Below are positions 51,740 to 63,970 of a stretch of 64,000 bases of DNA, piece by piece; positions within the stretch are counted from its first letter, which is position 1, and each line of letters opens with the position of its first letter. A program made the translations under genes and the position numbers. The notes under the pieces were generated by a model. It was not told the origin of the DNA. It saw nothing but the letters and a program-made list of their open reading frames with translations, and made no database searches. The stretch comes from Bigelowiella natans CCMP2755 (lineage: Eukaryota > Protista > Cercozoa): NCBI GenBank assembly GCA_000320545.1, contig ADNK01000977.1, positions 1 to 64,000 on the forward strand, read 5' to 3'.

Positions 51740-52134
51740 TTCTTCTTCATCCTTCTCGCTCTGCACCACCACCACCGCCACCATCATTATTATCATCATC
51801 ATGAATGACGCCAACATTTTTCATCATCATTTTTCAGTTTCAGCTTCCCGATGACGTCCTGGTGTGGAACGAGATCCCAGTTTCAGGTAGCAGTATCTAA
51901 AATCGTGTAATGATGTTTTTCCATGTTCTTTAGCCGGTTATTTCTGCTATCAATATATTTATCGAATGAGGCTTCTTCGCCTTTGCCAGACCACATTTTT
52001 ATGCCAAACTAACGCCTGCATCGTGCCATTCTTACTACCATCGATAAGGTACCGGGAAGATTGATAAGAAAGTGATTCGGGCAAAACTGAAGAGCATGAA
52101 CTACAAACTTCCTCAGTTACGATCGCTTTTATGA
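44843..52134 (+). CDS. Acyl-CoA synthetase (AMP-forming) of the bacterial-type AlkK/DmdB/ttLC-FACS group; about 25 exons
   Basis: [53 protein letters not shown]|[23 protein letters not shown]|[28 protein letters not shown] and G|TGKIDKK. Exon phases are consistent. Confidence 0.93.
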
Positions 52135-53031
52135 TCTCTAGTTGCAGCTACAAGGGGCAACATAGCAAAAACCCATTCTCACTCTCTTAGCCGAATGCTT
52201 ATGCATATCGTCAAACATCGTGGTCATTCGAAATGCCAATGAAAGGACAAACAGAACAAAGTGCAGACGCTTTACAAACTAGAAGGCATCTTCGATTTAT
52301 TTAGTTATCATCATTGCAGCAGCTAGTGGGCCCGGCTGCTTACGGAATGCCCATGCATCGGTGTGTTTTGTTTTACCATTAGTGCTGATAGCATGTCTCA
52401 TGCTGTGCTGTGAGATAGATCTGCTAGCGCTGACAAGTCACATCGTGGCGCGCGTAGCGTTGGCTCAAATTTGCGCTATATGCTCAAGATGCTAATAGCA
52501 CCCTAACATCATTTAGACTGCACATGTCGGCGATGCAACAAGGTCAAGCTAGCGCGCAAGGTGCATGACCATGGGAATGTGCTCAAGGTGTAACACGCTG
52601 CTCTAGTGCTGACAGATGACCGATCATGAACAATGCGGCTGTGTAAGCCATATAAAACACAAAGCAGCTTTGTATTCCTTTAATCTGCGAATACTAACTA
52701 CATTTGATTATAAATATGCACGTTATTAAGCTAACGACCGAGGCGATGTTCGCATATCTCGTCTTTCTAAAAACGCACGCAGCGGCAGACGTTCGCTGTG
52801 TCACGCATTAACATTCCCACCACCACAGTGTCTCGATGCACGACGCCCAATAATAATTCGCTCGCTTTGCCAGACGTTGAGTAGCTATTTCTCCGACCGA
52901 GGGATTTTATTAGCAATTCTGCCGGTAGACAGCCAATACTACTACCTCTACTTCTACCATTCACAAGAAGCAGTGGACGGTCACGGCAATGCATCCCGAA
53001 CTCGGCCATGCGATTAGTTTCTATGAAATAA

Positions 53032-54662
53032 TTACCGTTTTCTCTTTCGCACCATCCGCTCCGCCTGCTGGATCGCTTTGCCCAATGCACGCATTTTGTT
53101 CATTGTCTCCTCATATTCAGGCGTAGGTTCAGAGTCGAAGACGATGCCCCCCCCCGCCTGCAGGTGAGCCACGCCATCTTTCACAGCGAGAGTGCGGATG
53201 GCGATGCACGTGTCCATATTGCCGCTGAAGCTGAAATGCCCCACGGCTCCAGAATATACCCCTCTGCTCTGCGGTTCCAGCCCGTTGACCAGCTGCATCG
53301 CTCTCACCTTTGGGGCACCCGTCACTGTCCCCGCAGGGAACACTGAGCGAAAGGCGTCGTACATTGTCTTATCCTTCGCCAGCTTCCCGGAGACGTGAGA
53401 GACGATATGCATTACGTGCGAGTACTTCTCGATGTGCATGAGCGAGTCGATCTTCACAGTGCCAGGCTCAGCGACTCTACCAACGTCATTTCGCCCCAGA
53501 TCGACAAGCATGATGTGCTCCGCACGCTCCTTCTCGTTGCTGAGCAGCTCTTTCGCAAGCGCTGCATCGGCTTCCTTCGTTTTCCCGCGCTTTCTTGTTC
53601 CCGCGATCGGATGCGTCGTCACTACCCCGTTCAGGCACTTGACCAGGAGCTCGGGAGATGCACCCACGACTTGAAAGGAATCGTAATCCATATAAAACAT
53701 GTAAGGGCTGGGGTTGATCATTCTCAGCTCGCGGTATAGATCGAACGCATTGACGCTTTGGAGGGGGCACATCAACCGCTGCGAAGGGACTGCCTGGATG
53801 ATATCCCCGCCTTTAATGTGTTTCTTCAGTGTATCGACAAATCCTTCGTAGCCCTTTTGACCGACGTTTGATTTCATGTCTTCCATCGATTGGGATTTAC
53901 CGTCCCCCCCCACTTTTACAGGATCGCGCTTTGGGATCGGTTTCTCGAGTAGCTCTCGTACTGAGTTCAATTGACGAACAGCGTCCTCATAGAGCGATTG
54001 AATAGTGACTCCTTTGCCACCATTTTTCTCATAATCATTGAGACGGTACAAAGGGATATTGTTTATGATCTTGATGGTGTGGTTGACACGGTCGATACAA
54101 ACGATAGTGGAATAGAATGAGAACACGCAGTCTGGGATATCCAGAGCCTTCTTCGCGGGAACTTGGACCGTAGGCTCGAAGAACCGAACGCAATCATAGC
54201 CTACATAGCCGACCGCTCCGCCGGTAAACTCAGGTATATTTTCGTTGGGCATGAGATTGATATCCTTGAGCTCCTTCTCGATCACCCTGAGGGGATCACA
54301 TTTGTTGTCTGGTCCGAACTCCATTATTTTGTAGGGATTCACCCCGATGAAGGAGTATCGAGCAATGTTTTCTCCCCCAGCAACGGACTCAAAGAGGAAT
54401 TTTGGCCCCTTTGACTTGTTCAGCTGGGTTTAAAGAGGGGGGGGGGGGGGGGGGGGGCATAAGAGAATAAGTGCGAATTCGCTGTAGTACAATGCATGCA
54501 GCAGCTCTCTACCTTTAGATAGACTGTGACAGGCGTGTCCAAATCAGCAACCATCTCGAAATAAATGGGCACCAGATTGTACTTTCCCTCCTTAACCACG
54601 GCCTGCAGCTCTCCCAGCGTAAGGGATACCTCAAGCTCCTCAGCGAGTTTCTCAACCTCCAT
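53032..54662 (-). CDS. trpE: Anthranilate synthase component I; 2 coding exons (54513-54662, 53032-54423); C-terminus may extend via a further intron
   Basis: ADLDTPVTVYLK|...FLFESVAGGENIARYS, INPSPYMFY, HPIAGTRKRG, KERAEHIMLVDLGRND, FPAGTVTGAPKVRAM and QAGGGIVFDS. Confidence 0.96.
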
Positions 54663-55619
54663 CTACGGGTGCGAGGCGTCACCAACAAGTCGGCCACAAG
54701 CAAAGAATCCGATAGAAAAGTGAGTGACCTCAACGTACGAGCAAAAAAGCAACAGTGATGTACAGGAGTGGGGAAGGCAGACCTTGATGAGATGATGATA
54801 CGCAGGAGGGAGAGAGTGGTTGCCGAACTGAGGAGAGGTTAGTAAAAGTACCCCCGGGGAATACCCATATAAATAACAGACAATACCGGGGATTCAAATT
54901 TACGACGCTGCCACCAAATAGCGTGGAAACTTTCTGGAGATTTCCAATGGATTCCCCGAGATTTCGCAAAAACGCACGGAACGCAAGCGAAACAGCACAG
55001 CGCGGTAACACGCTCCAAGATTTTTTATTTATTCGGGATACGGAGCTACGAGAAAAGACACTTATGACAGACGAAAACGGCGCGAATCCCTCCCTCCACT
55101 CTGTGCACACGTTCAGATAATTAGAGGATTAAGACTTGTATTGGATACAGATATATAGTTATTAAGGTATGAATATAGGCCTATTTGTATCCTAATTTCG
55201 CATACGAGTGAAACATAGGGTTGGAGCATCATTAAATTATGAGAATGTAAAAAATGATTTTTATTTTAGTTTGTGTTTAAATTATGGTTATTTAGTTACA
55301 ATATCGCGCATATTTTCATAAAATGACATCATAGGCCCTTCTTTTATTTTAAATGTTATTATCATCGACCTTTTTTTTTTAAACCACCTTGTTAAGTTTG
55401 TAGGTCTAAAAAAGGAAGAGAAGTTTAATATCGAGATTTTAGATTGGAGATCATCTTTTCTGCTCTTCCTCAAAATCACCTTTCAGATTCCCTGTATGTT
55501 AGCAAAAATATTGTCGTATCATAAAAACTATCGACACTGGTTTTTGATCACGTGACAGATAATACTGAAAGTCTGGAAGGCAACCCGCCCCCCTAAAATC
55601 GTTTTCTTTTGGCCACACC

Positions 55620-56530
55620 ATGGATCCTCTCCTACCTACACAACGCCATCCACACTCACACATGGCAAAGTCGAGAGTTGTTACACGTGTAATTATCATT
55701 GCCATCGTGTCCGCTACTGCCATCTACATTCATAGACCATTCTCGAAGGATGTCCTGTCTAGAGGTAGTGAAAACCAGCGGAAGACAAATTGGCACAGAA
55801 TTCATTTCTTCCATATTTTTCAGGTGCATCCACGCAAATATCTTCATCGAAGTTTCCAGTAGGAATGAAAGGAAGAATGCAGGCAGATACAGGAAGTATG
55901 CGGGTAAGGCTGGCGAGGAGAAGTAAACTAGGCAACGTAAAACAGATGGATTCCAATCAGTACATCGTTGGTACAATCTTCTCTGGGAGAAGCACCAGTA
56001 CCCATGCTTATGATTCCGCTCATCAAGATGAAAGTTTCGGAGAGGGCGGATTGGGAAAAGGTCGTTTTTCCCGCGAAAGTAGGATTGATGCTTTCCCTTC
56101 TCGTGTCGTTTCAGTTAAAGCTGGAGAGACGGTGAGGGGTGGAGGCACCATTCGCGAGAAGCACGATAAAAGTATTGCGCGCGGATTTAAGCCAGCAAAT
56201 ATTCCTGATGGATTCGCTTCCATCTCGCAGTCTATCAACAACGTTGCTGACAATACAGCTGACTTCTTCGCTGGCCTTTCTCCGAAAACGTGCTCTTCCA
56301 GCATGGATTGTAGACGGGAGCACGCCTTCGACAATAGAGTGGGTTATGAATGCTGTTCGTATGGCGTCGTTAATATGTGCTGCTTCCCTCCTGAGGACGA
56401 CGATGATGATTGGAAGGGTGGTTGGGGTCGACCGCTCGTTCCTGAACTGCAACTTGTGCCTATTCCTATACGAAAGCATAATCCAGATGTTTATGGAGGC
56501 CCAGGTCACCACGGCGGGTATCCCTACTGA
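55620..56530 (+). CDS. Cys-rich hypothetical protein with a bipartite (signal + transit-like) presequence; 2 exons
   Basis: Hydrophobic VIIIAIVSATAIYI, then an in-phase intron at ~55764-55823, an R/K/S-rich linker and C-terminal CSSSMDC...ECCSYGVVNMCC...PELQLVPIPIR. Confidence 0.7.
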
Positions 56531-57523
56531 AGTTATTGTGATGGTGCAGAACAATAGTAGTAGTAGTTGCAGTAGTGCCATAGCGTACTTATTTTAAAGT
56601 AGTTCTGGGGATGAAATGAAGAGCAATATAATAGGCTGTCTCCTTTATGTTTTTGGTTTCTCCTCCTCCTCCTGCTCCTGCAAATGATTATAACTATGTG
56701 CTGAAGTGTACAGAATGGGGACGTTCTTCCTCCCTCTGATTTTTACCGCATGAGTTGTAACTACATCCATAGAAATTATGGTCACTTAAAAAGACGTCGC
56801 AGTAAAGACGCCATTCGCCATAAGTCGAAATCAGAAAATGCCGTCATTCATGATCATTTTCCATATTCATTCATTCAAACTGTACTATGTTTTCTTTTCC
56901 CTTTTAAATATTGTCTAGTCCAAGTAAAAAGCACTTAAAGAAGTGCGCCACCAGTGAGAGCATATGTAAATTTCTTTGATACAGAAAACTACTGCGATTC
57001 ACAAGAAATCAAGCCCCATTAAGCTTTGTATAGTGTATATGATATTATGTATACATATGTAAATTTTAGAGCTTTGTAACTGCATAAATCGTGTCATCCA
57101 GACATCTTTCGTACAACAAATATCAGCAATTTTTGGTTTTAGATATATTCCAAATTAAATCTGCACAAGCAGGATGCCGCACTTGAAATATTAATGTAGA
57201 AGTATTGTAAAGAATTCTCCATTGAAGACAACTTTCAGATAACGACAGTGAAATAGAAGTAAATAAACTTCGATCATTATTCAGCTAGATGTATGTATTA
57301 TCAGATTCATTTGTATAGAGAAATTAAATAGTAACGCCATCATCCAGATCGAATTGTGTAACATGTTCCCATTTAATAAAAGCTACAGATCACGCAAAAA
57401 TGTATCCTGAAGATCGATGCCATGTCTAGCTAGATGTTGCGCGCAGAAGCACATGATTGTATGCAGGAACAAACCAACATAATCCTAGGTAGCTAGCGCT
57501 GTAATGTAGCCGCTCTATGCTAG

Positions 57524-57590
57524 CGCTGCTCTGCATAGCTACATCAGGAGCGACGATTGGAAGAGTGTAATCTTGCTTCAATACACTATC
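57524..57590 (+). repeat. Dispersed intergenic repeat, copy C (more diverged)
   Basis: cgctgctctgcatagctacatcagga...acgattggaa...ttcaataca shares the 5' block and the downstream spacing with copy A. Confidence 0.65.
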
Positions 57591-57850
57591 TAGTACAACA
57601 TCTGGCTCATAACTAGATAAATCAACAACTCTTTCTCAAAGAATGCATTGTGCATGTACATACGCAGTGAAGCAGCTCTAGCAGCTCTTACTTGCAGTCT
57701 AGCAGTTCATGTACACGCTAGCATGCCTGTCTAGCTGTGCTTTATTAGCGCTAGATTTGCAGATGGTGCCATGTCAGCGAATGAATACTATAGTCAGACT
57801 GAGCGCCACATACTAGCACATACATTGTAGCTCTTGGCCGCGTACATAGC

Positions 57851-57921
57851 TAGCTAGATAGGCTACGTACGTTTATATACGGCGTGGCATATTAGCTAGA
57901 TAGGCTACGTACGGCGTGGCA
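57851..57921. repeat. Local direct repeat
   Basis: tagctagataggctacgtacg at 57851 and 57893; tacggcgtggca at 57878 and 57910. Confidence 0.85.
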
Positions 57922-58189
57922 CATTAGATCTCAGTGAACACGTATACAATACATATATCATTGCAGCGAAATGTCCCGATCTGCTAGCTATATCTTCTAA
58001 CCCATTTAAATAAATAATTGCTGTGATAATGATGATGATTTTTCCACTGTGTGCTATCTCTTGCCGCTCACAAATCTAGCAATTACTAGATTAATACACA
58101 TTATTAGTGAACCGCATTGCACACGCGCCGTAGCACTCTAGCATTACTGCCACATCCACACCACCACTATACTGGTGCCATATCTAGCG

Positions 58190-58229
<40 letters not shown>

Positions 58230-58323
58230 CATATACATATATAACATATATGTGTAATACAAAATATCTACCCCTCTTCATCATCCCCCAGCCATGCTCT
58301 AGATTGCGTCGTATCATGGCTTC

Positions 58324-58656
58324 TCAGAAGGAGGAAGTCTGCCCCGCTGGGATATTAGCTGCTGCGCCGGGAGGTGTTGTTTCCATAGTACTTTGCTGCT
58401 GTCGTAGAATATCCAAGGACGCGCCAGTGTTGTTATTAGCATCGAACCCCCCCCCTCCACCAATCGATGACGATTCCACCAATCCCTCGAAAATATTCTC
58501 CATTGCTGGCGGCTGCTGCTGTTGCTGTATTGACCCGGTGGCGAAGATGTCAACGACTGGAGACGATTGATCTTCAGGCAGGAAGTCATTGAAAGGGCTG
58601 CTGGTGGCGTCGTTCGTAGCAGCTCCCGTACTTGCTCCAGAGAACAGCGGCGCTTG

Positions 58657-58687
<31 letters not shown>

Positions 58688-61600
58688 AAGGCTCCGAACG
58701 GACTGCTGGCGTCAGGAGGACCGGCTGATGCTGCATTCAGGAAAGGGTTCTCCTGTATATATATCAGTGTGTGTTTATTACGAGACAAGAAATCTAGTTT
58801 TCGCTGTTAATTGAATGAATACATGTTATGGCTCTTACATCTTATCACCGAATTCTTCTTATTTCTACAGTTATCCGACGTTCAACTCTACTAATCTTTA
58901 GAAGACATTGCGAAATCCCCCCCCCCCCCCCCCTCCCCCTCTCTAGTCACTTCTTAATATTGGATTTAAAAATTTCGTCTCTCCATCCTTAACATCACAC
59001 TTACGAGCAACACAGATAAGAAAGACAAGTACGACGTCGTCTCAAGTATTCTATAGGTATTTTCGAGTAATCATAATCATAATCATAATCATAAATCGCA
59101 CCGTTGGTTGCTCCGCTAACGTTGGCGGCGCATGAATCGTAGGCCTGGTGTGCTTCTGGACTGCTGAGGATGAGGCCCCTCCTTTCGTATCCTCGTCTTT
59201 TCTGAAAGCGGTGATGACATGTTAACACAGAAGTCACGGCCCCGACTTTGGAAAGAGTCAAGGTCAATCAATCATCGGCGCTGCTGCCATACAAAACAAC
59301 CTCATGTCTGCGACAGTCTTCGTCAAATGGTCAATCTGAATTTATTCGGAGCATTGGTTAAGCAGCAAGAGCAACAACGGGAAATATGCAAATTAAGTAT
59401 TACATATAACAGTGCAAGCACAGAATGAATCTGTAAGAAACGCAACGTCTCCTCTCTCATATATTACCTTGTTAAGCAGGGCCACGCTCTCTCTTTGCAG
59501 AGTCAAGATCTGATCAGACAACCGATTAGAAAAGCGGGTCATCTTCGTTTCACGATGCAGCAAAACAAGCTGCTGTGCGCTGACCAAACCAACACACAAT
59601 CACTACTCCGCCCAGACTGACTGCAAAATACCCAACGATTATTGCCCCGTTTCGTCGCGCTGGAGATATAAAACCATAGCTGTTTTTTGCTCTCACGCCG
59701 CAGCTGAAGCATATCTCGAATACGTCTGGAACTACCCCCCCCCCCCCTCCCTCATCCTTTCTATTTTTTGCTTCGTTCTTCGTTTTAAACATAATCTCGG
59801 AAACCTGTTGTTCCGTGGACTCATTCCTACGCTGTAGCTGAATCATCATCGCTTGAAGTTGCTGCGATCATAAGCAGTATATTATCGGTCGGTCATCACA
59901 CAAGAGGGCAGGAGGGGCACGATTTTGAGCGCAATTCCGAGGGGGGGGGGAAACAAAGGGCGTTCTGATTTTCCCACGATTGTTTTGGCTCACGACACGA
60001 CGCACAGCAGCTAGAGACCGAAACAAAACAGTCCGATCCCCCCCCCCCCCCCCCCCTGGGTTGTAAACGACGTGTCGCAGGGCCAAATCCAGCTAAATAA
60101 TACTGAACGATGAAAATAGCTAATTCGAGGAAAGAAGTGTCACCGTATTCGTGCACTGTCCTTGATTGAGGCCCTTCGCTTCCAAAGCGCTTAATCGCTG
60201 GTCAAGAGAGACGCTTGATAACGCAACAAAGAACGACGAGTCAAGAACGATAAAAGTTTGATGATGACAACAATTGAACGATATCCTCGTCAATTAATAA
60301 CGACTCCGCTCCTCCCCCCCCCCCTCCTCCTCCTTCTATTCGTCCCTCAATAATTCTGCTGCAGTAACATCATCACCACTATCACCACCACCATCATCAT
60401 CATCATCATCATCATCTTCTTCTTCATCATCACCTATCTTTCTTGAGCGCAATTACTGCTTGGACCGTCTGAGTGGTAACCTTCTCCATCTTTGCTTTCC
60501 ACTGCTGCACTTGTTGCAGGGACGACGACGATGATGACGACGACGACGATGATGATGATGATGATGATGATGAGGACTGAATGATGATTACGGTCTAAAG
60601 ACGCTTACGCTCTCCTCCTCCTCCTCCTCCTCCTCCTCCTCCTCCTCTACTACTCTTCTTCATCATCATCGCCCTCTTCTGCTGCTGGTGCTGCTGCTGA
60701 TGGGCTGTATTGCTATATGACGCAGATGACGCTGCTGATGCTGCTGCTTGTGGTGGCGGTACTGCTGCAGACGCCATGGTTCTCCCGACCCCTTCTTCTG
60801 CGCCATCATTGACTTCATCGTTCAATCGCATGTGCGGATAGGAGGGTGTGTCCATGCCGCCCCCCTCCCCCTATTAACATGCAAAAATATGGAGAAACAG
60901 ATATGAAATGAGATTCTTTGGAAAGGGATTCGAGACCGAAGACGAATGAAACACTCAAGTGGCAGAGGTACAATCGATACGACACGGCGGGGGATCAACG
61001 TGATCCTCTCGTAGCGAGGCTGACGGAGGACCATCCCCCTCCCCACTAGTTTTTCTCCTCGGGTCATCATATAGATGTACGCTGCTCTCTTTTCTCGTTC
61101 GCATGACAAAAGCATGCTCATGTGTGCGTTTTGTGTCGCGGTGCACTCGGGGGGAGGCTGAGGTACCGATGATGATGATGATTTTAATCATATGATGCGT
61201 GTTTCTCTTTGCCACTTGACGGTTACACAATCATCATCATCATCATCATCGTCGCAGCAGTAGGGGCAGGGAAAACACATGATCATTATTGTTACATCGT
61301 CCGAATCGGCATCGCCTCCACCATCAGCAGGGCCGTCCTCCCCCACCCCCCCTGACTCTTCTTCTTCTTCCTCGTTTTCACTTGAATGCTCATCGTCGTC
61401 AGAAACAACCGGCTGCTGCTGAGTGGCGAGTAGCTGATAATCCATATCGTCGTTTATCACCGATTCCATTTGCAAAGTAGATCAATACGCATAGTATAAC
61501 ATCCCCATCATTGCATATATGCTGCTGGTCTCTATTTTCGAATATAATTCTTCAGTGAGAGGAAATGAGCAACCATTCCCCGTATCATCCTCCTCCCTTT

Positions 61601-62220
61601 TCTTCCTTCCTTCTCATCATTATCATCGTCACCACCACCACCACCACCACCACCACCACCACCACCATATGTATATCTACCGTTGCTGTTTCTTGTGCGT
61701 GCTGTGATCTGCTGTAGGAAGGGATGGATGGCACGGACGTATCAACAAAACACGCAACAATTAACCAATCGAAGTTCCACAACAACAACAACAACAACAA
61801 CAAGATGAACGGACAAAGCAGTAATATACTTACTAGCAACACAAAGGCATTTCGTAGAATGTATAGCCAACGACAACGACGTCAAACCTCGGCGCTGCTC
61901 GCATAGGGGATGTGCAGGCGAATCTTATCGTGAATGGCGATTTGTTGCCCTAACACCATCTCATCAGAATCATCATTTTCCCAGCAAGATTCTTCTCTAA
62001 TACTATTATTATCCTGATAGCAATACACGTTTATCTCATCAAAACACATGCATATATCATCCGTACCAGCGCCCGACGCAGTTGCGTCACGACATCCTGA
62101 GGGTTGACCATTAATGTAAGATTTCGTTGCGATAAAGCAGTGAATCAGTCTTCATCCGTCACGAGTCCGCAGAGCACGTGTTGTTCAATAGTATAGTACG
62201 TGTGTGCATGATGATGATGG

Positions 62221-62252
<32 letters not shown>

Positions 62253-62418
62253 CATCTGCTGCGACAGTGATATACGAGGAATGCACACGCGACCTGGTTG
62301 GACTGAACCCTCTTGTTTTCCACGCTGAATATCGTCCATCCAACCTTCGCAGCACAAACAACAGCAACAACAAATTGAGCTTGCATTCACCTCTCATTGT
62401 AGGGTAAAGACCTCTTTG

Positions 62419-62458
<40 letters not shown>

Positions 62459-62766
62459 TAGTAGTAGCAACCCCCCTCCCCTCTCTCCATCCCTCTCGCA
62501 GACATATTTGATTGTGATGTTTTGGGGGAGGGGGAGGGTACCTGAACCCCTTGTTGTGCGGCCTGACTATCGGCATTTACCCTAAGAGGGGGAGGGGTAT
62601 GGAGGTTTGAAAGATGAGAGAAGAAAACGATTATGTTCATAATTTGATTTAAGAATCATCACCCAACTACCCACTGCAGCAGCCTCACAGTTACTACTTC
62701 TATCTCCATGACTCAAAGACACAAATATTGATTTGATGTGCCTTTCTCTCTTCCACCAAATGATAG

Positions 62767-62799
<33 letters not shown>

Positions 62800-62855
62800 A
62801 AACATAGCGCCGACGATCTTCATCCCTCCCTCCCTCCCTCCCTCCCTCCCTCCCT

Positions 62856-62895
<40 letters not shown>

Positions 62896-63753
62896 GCACG
62901 CACACTCACTATGTCCACGTGCATGTACATTATTATCATCCCAAAAATCCTCCGCAAGTGCTAACCCCCATCACCGAGCGATGAATGCTATTAATACGTC
63001 TTACAATAATATTTTAAAGTTCTATCCCCTCCCCCTTCCTCACCGTGTGACTACAGGCCCTGCGGTCATCAAACCCAGAGGATTTCCTGGAAAGAACTTG
63101 ACGAGCTGATGATCCAGATAACAGAAACAACAAATCATCGTAATTATTAATGACTCAGAACCCTACAGGTGTGAGGAAGAAACAAAGGAGGCGATTTGTG
63201 TCTACTTAGCGTGGACGTCAATCATGTAGTGCGTGCACATGTCAAGAATGTGCAAAACTCGAAGACAGGTAGTAGTAGCAGTAGTAGTATGCACCTTAAA
63301 GTTGTGATTTAGCTGCTGCTGCTGCTGGTGGCGCATTGGGGTTGTTGTCGCCGTCCTTGTGACGCTGTTGGCCTTGCCACCAAAGGCGTCATCGAATCCG
63401 GAGAAATGCTGAAGGAGGGGGGAGGAGGAGGAGGAGGAGACGATGTTGAATGATAGATACTAGTAGCAGCATAATAAAAAGCACATCGTTTATGTGTTCT
63501 TCTTCGCGTGCCCACAAAAATAGTCCTTGTCTTCTTTACAGCAGTAAATTAAAAACCTTAGCAATTTGTCCAGGAGAGAGCTGCTGGTGCTGCTGCCTCC
63601 TCCTCGCCATGCTGCTGCTCTGCGGTTGCTGTTGTTGTGCTGCTTGCTGATTCCTCCTTGCTTTCGATTGTGGAGATGGACTTCTCGACCTTCCTCGTGC
63701 TTCATGCTGCTGCTGCTGCTGCTGCTGCAGTTGTGCTTTCTTCCTCTCACGCT
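58324..63753 (-). CDS. PDZ-domain and coiled-coil protein with an NPF/acidic low-complexity tail (5' end lies beyond the window)
   Basis: Micro-exons 63044-63105, 62542-62581, 62294-62344, 62067-62096 and ~61888-61949 splice to LVKFFPGNPLGLMTAGPVVTRVNADSQAAQQGVQVGWTIFSVENKRVQSNQDVVTQLRRALGNKSPFTIRF (a PDZ). Coiled-coil exons lie at 59300-60510. The last exon is ENPFLN...TSSF*. Confidence 0.8.
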
Positions 63754-63905
63754 AATCAATCAATATATTCGCAGCGGCAGCATATTTGAATAAGTAATCA
63801 CGTACACCACAGATCCAAAATGAAAAGTAACAGCGTTGTTATCCTTGTGCTCGCAGTCTTTCCTTTTTCAACTACTGCGCTTTCTTAAGTTTTGATAATA
63901 TTTGT

Positions 63906-63970
<65 letters not shown>

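Noticed and set aside
47355-51854. Many ORFs with poly-H, C, M, VC, YI or ER runs
   Set aside because: They are translations of intronic microsatellites in the ligase gene.
63828-63872. Possible extra PDZ-gene exon LKKERLRAQ with a non-canonical donor
   Set aside because: A single canonical intron from the GT near the window end to the acceptor near 63753 explains the region; it cannot be resolved without transcripts.
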